64,000 nucleotides of DNA from an uncultured Gemmatimonadales bacterium (GTDB taxonomy: Bacteria > Gemmatimonadota > Gemmatimonadetes > Gemmatimonadales > Gemmatimonadaceae): the NCBI GenBank assembly GCA_963850905.1, contig CAWKMU010000003.1:3264001-3328000 (forward strand), given 5' to 3'. Every line of letters begins with the position of its first letter. The stretch's first letter is position 1. The translations under genes and the position numbers were made by a program. Below, piece by piece: positions 50,162 to 59,901 of this stretch. The notes under the pieces were generated by a model. That model was not told where the DNA came from. It saw only the letters and a list, made by a program, of their open reading frames with translations, and ran no database searches.

Positions 50162-50440
50162 CTGGAAAACCCGGCGAGTCGTTTGGGCTGGCCGACTCCA
50201 ACGAGTCCGCGCTTCGCGCCAACCTCCTGTCACTGCCGGGCGACACGAACGCGACCGTGGCAAGCGACCAGAACGTGGAGCGTTATCCCCGACGTCTGGA
50301 CCGAGGACATGTGCCTTTCTGGCCCAACCGGGCCAGGCCGATATCTAGAGCGTTCTCCCTTACGATTATGGCACAAACATTGAGGCGGGCAGCCTTCGCG
50401 CCGCTGCGCCAAAACAACAACAGCTAGGGAGACAGCTCAC

Positions 50441-51502
50441 GTGTCCAAAGAAATCGATCGTCGCCGGTTCGTTAGCGCTGCGGCTACCGGCGCCGCGGCA
50501 ATCGCCATTGCGCCGGCCGACCTCTTTGCGGCCGGCGTTGCCGCGGAGCAACCCACCGCAATCCCGTCATCCAGGGATGCGACCGCAGTGTCGGCACCTC
50601 AGGCGCCGTTCGGCCCGCTCAAGCAGATCGATGCTGGCCTGCTGAACATTGGCTACGCGGAAGCTGGGCCCGCCAACGGTCGTGCGGTAATTCTACTGCA
50701 CGGCTGGCCCTACGACATCCACAGTTTCGTCGACGTTGCTCCATTGTTGGCTTCGGCAGGCCACAGGGTCATCGTCCCCTATCTGCGCGGCTACGGTACG
50801 ACGCGTTTCCTCTCCAGCGAAACGATGCGGAACGCCCAGCAGTCGGCCGTTGCCCTCGACATCATCGCTCTGATGGATGCGCTCAAGATCCAGACGGCTA
50901 CCGTCGCCGGCTTTGATTGGGGCGCGCGCACGGCGGATGTCATGGCAACACTCTGGCCGGAACGCTGCAAGGCGATCGTTTCCGTCAGCGGCTATCTGAT
51001 CAGCACCCCCGCGGGCAACCAGCAGCCGTTACCACCCGAGCCTGCGTTCCTGTTTTGGTACCAGTACTACTTCGCTACCCCAGTCGGCAAGGCCGGCTAT
51101 GCGAAATATCTCGACCAGTTCAATAAGTTCATCTGGCACCAGGCTTCGCCAAAGTGGAATTTCGACGACGCGACGTACGACCGCACGGCAGCGTCCTTCA
51201 ACAACCCCGATCACGTTGACATCGTGATGCATGACTATCGCTGGCGGCTTGGTTTGGCCGACGGCGAACGGAAATATGACGACCTGGAAAAGCGGCTCGC
51301 CCCACTTCCTCCCATCACCGTGCCCGCGATCACCATGGAAGGCGACGCCAACGGTGCAATCCACGCGCCCAGCACGGCGTATCGGAACAAGTTCTCGGGC
51401 AAATATGAGTACCGCCTCATCACCGGCGGCGTCGGCCACAACCTGCCGCAGGAAGCTCCGCAAGCCTTCGCCAAGGCGGTGATCGACGTTGAGGCTCTTT
51501 GA
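50441..51502 (+). CDS. Tat-exported alpha/beta hydrolase (epoxide hydrolase-like, Asp nucleophile)
   Basis: IDRRRFV twin-Arg; HGWP, LRGYG, GFDWG, GHNLPQE. Confidence 0.92.
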   Translation: MSKEIDRRRFVSAAATGAAAIAIAPADLFAAGVAAEQPTAIPSSRDATAVSAPQAPFGPLKQIDAGLLNIGYAEAGPANGRAVILLHGWPYDIHSFVDVAPLLASAGHRVIVPYLRGYGTTRFLSSETMRNAQQSAVALDIIALMDALKIQTATVAGFDWGARTADVMATLWPERCKAIVSVSGYLISTPAGNQQPLPPEPAFLFWYQYYFATPVGKAGYAKYLDQFNKFIWHQASPKWNFDDATYDRTAASFNNPDHVDIVMHDYRWRLGLADGERKYDDLEKRLAPLPPITVPAITMEGDANGAIHAPSTAYRNKFSGKYEYRLITGGVGHNLPQEAPQAFAKAVIDVEAL

Positions 51503-51534
51503 TCGGTGTGCGCGTGATTCGCCGAGCGTTCACC

Positions 51535-51981
51535 CTACGTGAGATCGGTGCTCTGTCCGACCTCGATGATATAACCGTCAGGATCGCGGATGTAGCAGCG
51601 AATCTCGCCGTACTTGGCGATCGGCTCCGTCAGAAACTCGGCTCCTCGGCTTTTCCATAGTTCATAGCACGCCTGTATATCCGCGACGCGGATATTCATA
51701 AAGCTGCTGATCGTATCCGGGTCGGCCGGGACGCTGAGCGTTACTGTCGGCTTGTCCGGGGTGGGCCCGCCCCCGACGTTGACAATGAGCCACGTATTCG
51801 CGATCTGAATGTGCCCAGACGCACCCTTGCTATCGCCTCTGCTCTGAATGCGGCCGCTGAAGACCCTTTCATAGAAATCGGCCGACCGGTCGATGTCGGC
51901 GACGGTGATGAAATGTGTGACGGTGAACCCGTCGCGCGGGGGCATCTCATAGCTCTTCTGTTGGATTTGTACGCTGCTCAT
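51535..51981 (-). CDS. VOC/glyoxalase family protein, copy 1
   Basis: VADIDRSADFY...IRDPDGYIIEV. Confidence 0.92.
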   Translation of the reverse strand: MSSVQIQQKSYEMPPRDGFTVTHFITVADIDRSADFYERVFSGRIQSRGDSKGASGHIQIANTWLIVNVGGGPTPDKPTVTLSVPADPDTISSFMNIRVADIQACYELWKSRGAEFLTEPIAKYGEIRCYIRDPDGYIIEVGQSTDLT

Positions 51982-52145
51982 TGACGACCCCTCTCAAGAC
52001 AGTGCTCATCCACTGATGCTAGTTCGCTCGTAAGTCGATCCATTCTGGTACTCCTTTCAATGGCAGAGCAAGTGACGGTTCAAGGCAAAGATTGGCCGAA
52101 GCGCGACAACGAGGCACGGAGTCGGCATCCTATCCGCGCCAAGCG

Positions 52146-52596
52146 TTAACCGTACGTGAGATCGGTGCTCTGTCCGACCTCGATGATATAACCGTCAGGA
52201 TCGCGGATGTAGCAGCGAATCTCGCCGTACTTGGGAATCGGCTCCGTGAGAAACTCGGCTCCTCGACTTTTCCATAGTGTGTAGCACGCTTGAATATCCG
52301 CGACGCGGATATTCATAAAACTGTTGATTTTATCCGGGTCGGGCACGCGGAGCGTTACCGACGGCTTATCGGGGGTCGGCCCGCCCCCGACGTTGACGAG
52401 GAGCCACATATTGGCGATCTGAATGTACCCGGGCGCGCCGCTGCTATCGCCTCTGCTCAGAATCCGACCGCCGAAGACCGTTTCATAGAAGCGAGCCGAT
52501 CGGTCGATATCGGCGACCGTGAGAAAATATGCGACGGTGAACCCGTCGCGCGGGGGCATTCTCATAGCTCTTCTGTTCGACTTGTACGGCGTTCAC
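52146..52596 (-). CDS. VOC/glyoxalase family protein, copy 2 (+1 frameshift near 52560 in the N-terminus)
   Basis: GTG at 52596 after AAGGAG gives MNAVQVEQKSYE, matching copy 1. An extra A shifts the frame before MPPRDG; ATGs at 52565/52559 are in the main frame. Confidence 0.88.
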
Positions 52597-52894
52597 TGAT
52601 GGCTCCTTTTGATATGGTGCGCGGAAGCGCTTCGTTCTTCGAGTGGTAAAGATACGACGGGCTGATCACCATGAATCACATGGTCGCCTTGACTGCCGGC
52701 GTTAAGGTCGTCGGCGCGCGAACCCGGAGGCGAAGCGTTTAGCTCGTTCCTGCGCTCCGACCTAACTGCGGGTTAACAGGCGGACGGGATCGATGATCAC
52801 GGTCCAGCTGCTTGCCACGTGAGCTGCGATCTGCACGACGTGCGCGCGGCAATGGCACGGTCCGTCACGTAACGGCGTTTTGAGCTCTCAGAAA

Positions 52895-53305
52895 CTATGG
52901 CTCATGGATATCCAAGCGCCTTCTTCCAAAGAGCCGCGCATCAATAGACGTGGAACCTGGTCCGAGAGCAGCTAGCGCAAGGCCCACCGCTCCTAACAGA
53001 ATGGAGCTCCGTACGTCCGCGGTTGCAAGAAACAGGACGCAAAGCTCAACGAGAGTGACAAGCACCCCGGCGACCGGTGTCCACAATCCCAGTAGAAGCA
53101 GCGTGCCAGCTCCAAACGCGACAGACCGTAAGAAGATCGTTTGCAGATCAGGCCTTAGCTGAAGCGCGATGGCTCCGTCATGAATCAACAGGATACCAGC
53201 GGCCATCCTCAGCAGGAGCAGGGCCAGACCTGGCCATCCGTTCGGGAACATGGAGAATAGGCGCTGCAGAGCAGTGAATCCTCTGTTTCGGCGCGTAACT
53301 GCCAC
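52895..53305 (-). CDS. DoxX-like membrane protein
   Basis: QRLFSMFPNGWPGLALLLLR; LGLWTP; GPGSTSIDARLFGRR; start uncertain. Confidence 0.82.
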   Translation of the reverse strand: MAVTRRNRGFTALQRLFSMFPNGWPGLALLLLRMAAGILLIHDGAIALQLRPDLQTIFLRSVAFGAGTLLLLGLWTPVAGVLVTLVELCVLFLATADVRSSILLGAVGLALAALGPGSTSIDARLFGRRRLDIHEP

Positions 53306-53624
53306 GCCTCAGTAAGCTGCGCTTCTTGACACCGTTCGCGGTCTGGGAGTTATCAATCAGTGTACGCGGCGGCGCGCAGCAGTCGATAGCCCCCAAAAGG
53401 GTTGGTCTCAAGCAACCATCTCGAGGGAGGCGTGCAGACTGCAAAGAGCCATCGTTGTTTACCGCTGCGTCTCAACAGCCTTCGGAATAGAGGGGCGGAG
53501 GACAACCTGGTTGACGAACCGTCACTCCGATAGCATTTCGATCTATGGCCCTGATGAATTCCGTTGCAGGGGTTCCCGAAAGCGACTAAGCCGACCTTCT
53601 GACGACGGGAGGCAATCGTCAAGT

Positions 53625-56600
53625 ATGGCTCGCTCACAAGGGTCGGGGGCACGATTGTGCCCGCGAAATACACGCCCGGCAAGGCTTTGGGACTCGAGGT
53701 TTATCTCTGCGCTAGCGCTACTCCTGCCGGTCTTGTCCCCGTCGTTTGCAGCCGCTCAAGGACACGATCCGACGAGTTCGGCGAGGGGCATCTCCAAGTT
53801 GAATCGCGTCGTCCCGCTGTCCGTCCGAATGCCCGCCGTGGATGGCGCCGACATCCGATTCTCGCGCCTCTCGACAGCCCAGGGACTGTCCCAAACCCAA
53901 GTCGGTGAGATCGTACAAGACGATCAAGGGTTCATGTGGTTCGGGACTCAGTACGGTCTCGACCGATACGACGGATATGAGTTCAAGGTGTTCATGCATG
54001 ACCCTGCGCGCCAGAATAGCCTGAGCTGTGTCTACGTCCACTCGCTATTCAAGGACCGTTCTGGAACGCTGTGGGTGGGGTGCGATCAGTTTCTGGACAG
54101 GTTCGACCGTGTTCACGAGACATTCACTCATTATCGGATCGACACCGGCGAAGTGGCGAACTACGTCAGCCAAATCAGTCAGGATCGGAGCGGCATGCTG
54201 TGGTTGGCAACAGGGAGTGGTTTGTTCAGGTTGAACCCGGGGACGGCTCAGATCACCCACTACGTTCACGATCCAGCAAATCCCTCCAGTCTCGGCAGCA
54301 ACGAGGTCAGATATACGTTGGAAGACAGGAGTGGCCGATTCTGGATAGCCGACGGCGATGACGTAGAGGAGTTCAATCGCGAGAGCGGAAGAGTTCTATC
54401 GCGCGTCCACCTGAATGAGGGTGTAAGGCTAGTCTCGTTCTATGAAGATCACCTTGGCGTTTTTTGGATTACGTACGTCACGAATAACACCGGAAGTGGA
54501 CTAGCCGTTCTGGACCAATCCACAAATCGCCTCATTCCTTATTCAATCTATGACACGAAGTCTGACAAAGAATTACCTGCTGGATTCATGGCGGCGATCG
54601 AAGACAACAGCCAAACGCTCTGGTTAGCTAGTTTTGGCGCCGGTCTATTGAAGTTGGACAGAAAGCATGGTGTTTTCATCCGATATCGGAACTATCCCGA
54701 AAACCCTGAGAGCATCACAGAAGACCGCGTAATGTCGCTATGCGGGGACCGCGAAGGAAATGTTTGGGCGGGCTTGTACACGAGCGAGCCCAATGTTTTC
54801 CGTACCGAAAGGGCACCGTTCATGGCTCTAGTTACCCGAAGCAGTCCTCGCAGTCACGGCGAAAAGATCGTAAATGCGGTGTACGAGGATCGCAACCAGG
54901 TACTGTGGACGGCGACGACGGGAGCGTTAAATCGCATCGATCGAAGATCTGGAGACGCCACCTCTTACCAACCCCCGGGGCAAGGCCTGTCGAGCGACGT
55001 CATTGCGATTACGGAAGATCGGGCCGGCGGTCTCTGGATCGGAACTTACGGCGCGGGACTGAGCCGGTTCGACCGGAGAACTGGGCTTTTCGAGACCTAT
55101 CTGCACGACCCTGGCCGCGCTTCTAGTCTGAGCAGCAACATCGTGAGCCGGATGCTGATCGATGATGCGGGCACCATGTGGATCGGAACCTACAACGGTC
55201 TTGATCGGTTTGACGCTCGGAACGAGAGCTTCGTTGTCTACAAGCAGGACACCACGCGTGATGACGAGGTATATGCCAATCTCACACAGGACAAAAGCGG
55301 GTTGCTCTGGATGGGGGGCTGGCGAGGTTTAACCCGTTTCGACCCTCGGACTGGTCAATTCACCGGATATGCGCACAAGGTGGGTGACCCTGGTTCTTTG
55401 AGTGACAACGCCGTGACCTCGACCTATGTGGATCATTCAGGAACACTCTGGGTCAGCACTGAAAATGGCTTGAACATGCTGAACCGCGAGCGTGGGACTT
55501 TCGCCCACTACTACATGAAGGATGGCCTGCCGAGCAACGCCGTCAGTTGCATCCTCGAAGACGAGTTCGGCGCGTTATGGATGAGCACCAACCGCGGGTT
55601 GTCCAGGCTCGATCCCGTCGCAAAGACATTTCGGAACTACTCTACGGTTGACGGCCTCCCCGGCAATGACTTTACGGGCTGGGATGCCTGCTTTAGGAGT
55701 CCTAGCGGAGAGATGTTTTTTGCTGGGTTTGCCGGCGGGGTGGCCTTCTTTCCCGATAAGGTATTGAACCCATCGTACCCGCTGCCCCTCGTTCTGACCG
55801 ATTTCCAAATGGCTGGTCATTCGGTGGAAGTCGGAGACAGCTCCCCTCTCAGAGAGTCCATCAGCTACGCCAGCAACATCACACTCACTCACGACCAAAA
55901 CGTATTTTCACTGAGTTTCGCCGCACTCACGTATTTCAATCCAGATGCAAATCGGTACCGGTACAAACTTGAAGGACTGGATCGCGACTGGATCGAAGTT
56001 GAGAGTGATCGACGGATCGCGAGCTATACAACCTTGCCGGCGGGCAAATACACATTTCATGTACAGAGCGCAACCAGGCAAGGGGCTTGGAACGAGCCTG
56101 GCATTGCACTCAGGATCACGATCCTGCCGCCGTGGTGGGAGACTTGGTGGTTCAGGCTCCTGTGCTTCGTTGCATTCGTCGGAATTCTGTGGACGCTCTA
56201 CCTTCTTCGGCTCGGCCAAATGGCGACGGAGATTCGGGCCAGGCTGGAAGAGCGACTGGGTGAGCGAGAGAGAATAGCGCGTGAGCTGCACGATACTCTG
56301 CTGCAGGGGATACAAGGCCTGGTCTTGCGGTTTCAAGCCGTCGCCGAGCGGATACCTGCCTCAGAACCCGCCCGACACATGATCGATAAAGCGCTCGATC
56401 GAGCCGACGAAGTGCTGGTTCAGGGACGGGATCGCGTTAAGAATCTTCGTCTCACGCCACAGGTGAAACCCTTACCAGAGGCCCTCGCTGACGCCATCAA
56501 GGACCTTACACTCGACGACGGTATTGAATTCAGCATTGTTGTAGAAGGAGAGCTGCGCGAGCTTAGCCCTCTGGTGCGGGACGAGGCATACTGGATCGCA

Positions 56601-56948
56601 CACGAGGCTCTGGTAAACGCGGTGCAGCACGCGCGTGCGAAACGTATTGAAGTCGAGATCGCATACGATTCTGCGCGCCTGCGTTTGCGCTTTCGGGACG
56701 ACGGCTGCGGTGTCGATCCTAAGATTATCGAAGCCGGCGGCAAGCCGGGGCGTTGGGGGATGCGTGGAATGAGGGAGCGTTCCGCGAAAATCGGTGCGCA
56801 CTTGGAAACCTGGAGCCGCCCGGATGCTGGGACCGAGTTGGAATTGGAGATTCCAGGATCCGTTGCCTATAGCGCCAAGGGGAACGGTTCGCTGTGGCGA
56901 AGGCTCCGCCAACTGTGGTACGAGGAGACACCTGATGAACCCCATTAA
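53625..56948 (+). CDS. Sensor histidine kinase: Reg_prop beta-propeller + Y_Y_Y + HisKA_3 + HATPase
   Basis: QDDQGFMWFGT repeats; YRYKLEG...YTTLPAGKY; one TM; ERERIARELHDTLLQ; DDGCG; GMRER. Confidence 0.95.
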   Translation: MARSQGSGARLCPRNTRPARLWDSRFISALALLLPVLSPSFAAAQGHDPTSSARGISKLNRVVPLSVRMPAVDGADIRFSRLSTAQGLSQTQVGEIVQDDQGFMWFGTQYGLDRYDGYEFKVFMHDPARQNSLSCVYVHSLFKDRSGTLWVGCDQFLDRFDRVHETFTHYRIDTGEVANYVSQISQDRSGMLWLATGSGLFRLNPGTAQITHYVHDPANPSSLGSNEVRYTLEDRSGRFWIADGDDVEEFNRESGRVLSRVHLNEGVRLVSFYEDHLGVFWITYVTNNTGSGLAVLDQSTNRLIPYSIYDTKSDKELPAGFMAAIEDNSQTLWLASFGAGLLKLDRKHGVFIRYRNYPENPESITEDRVMSLCGDREGNVWAGLYTSEPNVFRTERAPFMALVTRSSPRSHGEKIVNAVYEDRNQVLWTATTGALNRIDRRSGDATSYQPPGQGLSSDVIAITEDRAGGLWIGTYGAGLSRFDRRTGLFETYLHDPGRASSLSSNIVSRMLIDDAGTMWIGTYNGLDRFDARNESFVVYKQDTTRDDEVYANLTQDKSGLLWMGGWRGLTRFDPRTGQFTGYAHKVGDPGSLSDNAVTSTYVDHSGTLWVSTENGLNMLNRERGTFAHYYMKDGLPSNAVSCILEDEFGALWMSTNRGLSRLDPVAKTFRNYSTVDGLPGNDFTGWDACFRSPSGEMFFAGFAGGVAFFPDKVLNPSYPLPLVLTDFQMAGHSVEVGDSSPLRESISYASNITLTHDQNVFSLSFAALTYFNPDANRYRYKLEGLDRDWIEVESDRRIASYTTLPAGKYTFHVQSATRQGAWNEPGIALRITILPPWWETWWFRLLCFVAFVGILWTLYLLRLGQMATEIRARLEERLGERERIARELHDTLLQGIQGLVLRFQAVAERIPASEPARHMIDKALDRADEVLVQGRDRVKNLRLTPQVKPLPEALADAIKDLTLDDGIEFSIVVEGELRELSPLVRDEAYWIAHEALVNAVQHARAKRIEVEIAYDSARLRLRFRDDGCGVDPKIIEAGGKPGRWGMRGMRERSAKIGAHLETWSRPDAGTELELEIPGSVAYSAKGNGSLWRRLRQLWYEETPDEPH

Positions 56949-57561
56949 GGTCCTATCGGTTGACGATCATCCCCTGTTCAGAGAAGGGATAGCGGCAATC
57001 ATAGAGAATCACTCTGACATGGTGCTGGTCGCTGAAGCTGGCAACGGTCGTGAAGCGCTCGAAAGTTTCCGGCGTCATCGTCCGGACGTAACGCTGATGG
57101 ATTTGGTGATGCCGGAGATGAATGGCATTGAGGCGACCATCGCCATTCGAAAAGAGTTTCCCAAAGCTCGCATCGTCATGCTGACGACATATAAGGGTGA
57201 CGTGCAAGCTGCTCAGGCCCTCGATGCCGGAGCCTGCGGATACTTGCTGAAGAGCACTCTGAGGAAGGATCTCCTGGATACCATTCGCGGCGTACACGCC
57301 GGCCAACACCGCATTCCCGCTGAGATTGCCATTGCAATTGCAGAACATCATGCAAGTGACACTCTTACGGAACGCGAGCTCGAAGTACTGCGGGAGGTCG
57401 CTGCTGGGAATGCGAATAAGACCGTCGCGTGGCACCTTTCCGTTTCGGAAGACACGGTCAAAGGCCACGTGAAGGCGATACTCGCTAAACTTGGCGCCAA
57501 CGATCGGACGCATGCGGTAACCATTGCACTCAAGCGCGGCATCATTTCGTTAGAACAATGA
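56935..57561 (+). CDS. NarL/LuxR-family response regulator
   Basis: VDDH, LMD, LTT, LLK; LTERELEVL...TVKGHV HTH; overlaps the kinase. Confidence 0.96.
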   Translation: MNPIKVLSVDDHPLFREGIAAIIENHSDMVLVAEAGNGREALESFRRHRPDVTLMDLVMPEMNGIEATIAIRKEFPKARIVMLTTYKGDVQAAQALDAGACGYLLKSTLRKDLLDTIRGVHAGQHRIPAEIAIAIAEHHASDTLTERELEVLREVAAGNANKTVAWHLSVSEDTVKGHVKAILAKLGANDRTHAVTIALKRGIISLEQ

Positions 57562-58234
57562 CACGAACAGTCGCCCGCCGCCGGCACTACCGTCTCGTGC
57601 AGCCTCGTCTGGAAGCGGCAGGGGTCACCGACAAGGCTCGCGTGATCACGCAACGTCACTGATGTGGGGACTCGAGCGACTCAAGCGGTAGCGCTGTCGA
57701 ACCGCTTTTAAGAGGGCCCGCGACCGGGAGCCACCAACCAGCGGCTTAGCGCACCGGGAGTATCGAAGCGCCTTCGGCACGCCGTGCGGCGGCCGACCGA
57801 GCAAACCTCGCGCCGATCACGACGCCGGCGGCGATCCCAGAGTCGAATCGCAGGTCAGAGCCATAGTCAACACGATGGCTCGCGATTACCTCGCCGGTGC
57901 TGATCTCAGTACGCCAGCAACAGTGAGGGAGCAAGTGCCGAGCTGGATCGCGAACTAAAACGCCGTGGCCTCGGACGTGGCACTCGGCTACCACTCGCCA
58001 GGGCCACTGCCGCAAGTAGGGCCTACTGCTGGTGCGAGTTGCGGACGCAAATTGCCCAAGGAATTGGGCCTCGCACGTTACTCGAATTGGGGGTATTGCC
58101 TCGACCCGATGTGGGCTTTCACAAAATGGCCAGCACTTCTACCGTTCCGAGCGAAAGAGCGGTGTCGATCTCAGGATGGCGTCACCGGGGCTGTCAACCA
58201 CCAGACCAACCCCATCCAACGGAGGAACCACGCC

Positions 58235-58990
58235 ATGGCGCCCACACGCGCAGTCAAACCGAGTATCGTCTTCTGCCACGGGATCTTGGCCGATGGCTCG
58301 TGCTTCAGCAAAGTCATCCCCCCGCTTCAGGCGGAGGGGTACGAGGTTATGGCCGCCCAATACGGCCTCGACACGAACGAAGAAGATGTCGCCGCGGTAA
58401 AACGCACTCTCGGGCGGGTCAGCAGCCCAACCATTCTTGTCGGGCACTCCTACGGGGGTGCTGTTATCACCGCCGCAGGAACCGATGACCGCGTCGCCGC
58501 TCTCGTCTATATCGCCGCGATTGCCCCCGACGCGGACGAAACGTCGCAGGGCCAACAGGACACGTTTCCCGTTACCGACGTGTTCACATGCGTCGAAGTC
58601 GCAGACGGGCGCGCCTGGATGCGCCCCGAAGGCATCAGGTATTTCGCGGGAGACCTTCCGAAGGCAGAGCAACAACTCGTCTGGGCGACGCACTATGCGC
58701 CGGCCGCGGACCTATTCAGCCGGAACGCCCCAGGCACGGCCTGGAAGTCGAAGCCGAGCTGGTTCATCGTGGCCAACCAGGACCACACGGTTCACCCGGA
58801 TCTGGAACGCTTCGCCGCGAAGCGCATGGGCGCAACCATCCACGCGGTCGACAGCAGTCACGTCCCGATGCTGTCGCATCCAGATGTAGTGATTGACGTT
58901 ATCCGTTCCGCGGCAAGAGCCGTCCAGGGCTCGACTGCCGCTGCCGTCAAGACTGGAACAGAAGCTCGCGGAGTGGCTGTTCCGGCGTAG
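58235..58990 (+). CDS. Alpha/beta hydrolase (Abhydrolase_6-like)
   Basis: GGAGG RBS; HGILADG, GHSYGG, D (QDHTV), SHVP. Confidence 0.9.
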   Translation: MAPTRAVKPSIVFCHGILADGSCFSKVIPPLQAEGYEVMAAQYGLDTNEEDVAAVKRTLGRVSSPTILVGHSYGGAVITAAGTDDRVAALVYIAAIAPDADETSQGQQDTFPVTDVFTCVEVADGRAWMRPEGIRYFAGDLPKAEQQLVWATHYAPAADLFSRNAPGTAWKSKPSWFIVANQDHTVHPDLERFAAKRMGATIHAVDSSHVPMLSHPDVVIDVIRSAARAVQGSTAAAVKTGTEARGVAVPA

Positions 58991-59041
58991 CTAAACGATG
59001 CGTCCCGTCCGAGTGGATCTTTACTTCAAGGGAGACTGCTC

Positions 59042-59737
59042 ATGAAACAGCCTATCAAGAACGTGGTTTTGGTGCATGGTGCTTTTGCCGATGGCTCCGG
59101 TTGGGCAGCCGTCGCCAAGATCCTCGAGAAGGATGGATACTCGGTATCGGTGCCACAGCCGCCGGAGACCTCTTATGCCGAGGACGTGAAGTGCACGAAG
59201 GCGGCCATCGACGCCATGAACGGGCCGGTGGTATTGGTGGGCCACAGTTATGGCGGGTCCATCATCACCGAGGCCGGTAATCATCCAAACGTTGCGGCAC
59301 TTGTCTATATCGCCGCATTCGCGCCGGACACGGGGGAAAGCCCCGCTACAATTGAACAAGCGCTCCCGCAAGCCTCCAAGGCGTTCAAGTCGGACAGCGC
59401 CGGCAACTGGTGGATAGAGCAGGCGCATTTCGCGGCCGACTTCGCGGCGGACGTTCCGCCGGACGTGTCCCACTTCATGGCTGTGTCGCAGGTGCCAATC
59501 TCCACCGAAGCGTTCACGCACAAGATCACGTCACCAGCCTGGAAGACCAAGCCCACTTGGTACATGGTGGCTACCGAAGACCGGTCAATCAATCCGGATC
59601 AGGAACGCATGATGGCGAAGCGCGCCAAGGCCAAGACGGTCGAAGTAAACGCCAGCCACGTGGTCTACATGTCTCACCCGAAGGAAGCAGCCAAGCTCAT
59701 CGAAGAGGCTGCCACCTCCGCACCCGTGAATCAGTAG
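59042..59737 (+). CDS. Alpha/beta hydrolase (paralog of the preceding gene)
   Basis: HGAFADGSGW, GHSYGG, EDRSI, SHVV. Confidence 0.93.
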   Translation: MKQPIKNVVLVHGAFADGSGWAAVAKILEKDGYSVSVPQPPETSYAEDVKCTKAAIDAMNGPVVLVGHSYGGSIITEAGNHPNVAALVYIAAFAPDTGESPATIEQALPQASKAFKSDSAGNWWIEQAHFAADFAADVPPDVSHFMAVSQVPISTEAFTHKITSPAWKTKPTWYMVATEDRSINPDQERMMAKRAKAKTVEVNASHVVYMSHPKEAAKLIEEAATSAPVNQ

Positions 59738-59761
59738 CCACACGGTCCCAAACAAAGTGAA

Positions 59762-59790
59762 CTCCGCCGATCCGGTTACGATCGGCGGAG
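59762..59790 (+). terminator. GC hairpin, possible terminator of the hydrolase pair
   Basis: Perfect 11-bp stem CTCCGCCGATC/GATCGGCGGAG, 7-nt loop; no U-tract. Confidence 0.5.
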
Positions 59791-59794
59791 ACCG

Positions 59795-59819
59795 GGTGGA
59801 TAGAGCGGCGGTTTCCTAA
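59795..59819 (+). repeat. Displaced 5'-side fragment of tRNA-Arg (att-like)
   Basis: GGTGGATAGAGCGGCGGTTTCCTAA matches 61985-62009 at 24/25 and ends in the anticodon loop. Confidence 0.8.
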
Positions 59820-59901
59820 TTTCCAGCGGGGCTTTCGGGCGCTTCTCTTAGGCGATCGAGGTACTGGCCAAAGGCAGCACGGACGTCGGGCTCTCGGGCT
59901 A

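Noticed and set aside
52760..52882. attC-like inverted repeat (ACCTAAC...GTTAACAGGCGGAC / GTCCGTCACGTAAC...GTT)
   Set aside because: The right end is GTTTTGA rather than GTTRRRY, the spacing is off, it is a single site, and there is no integron integrase. IntegronFinder would settle it.
53385..53405. CCCCCAAAAGGG as a response-regulator binding site
   Set aside because: Similar motifs near 58050-58115 are too loose to define a consensus by eye.
57562..58234. 89-aa minus ORF (57746-58015) and the long N-terminal extension of ORF 57965
   Set aside because: No supportable homology; a strong GGAGG RBS supports the hydrolase start at 58235.
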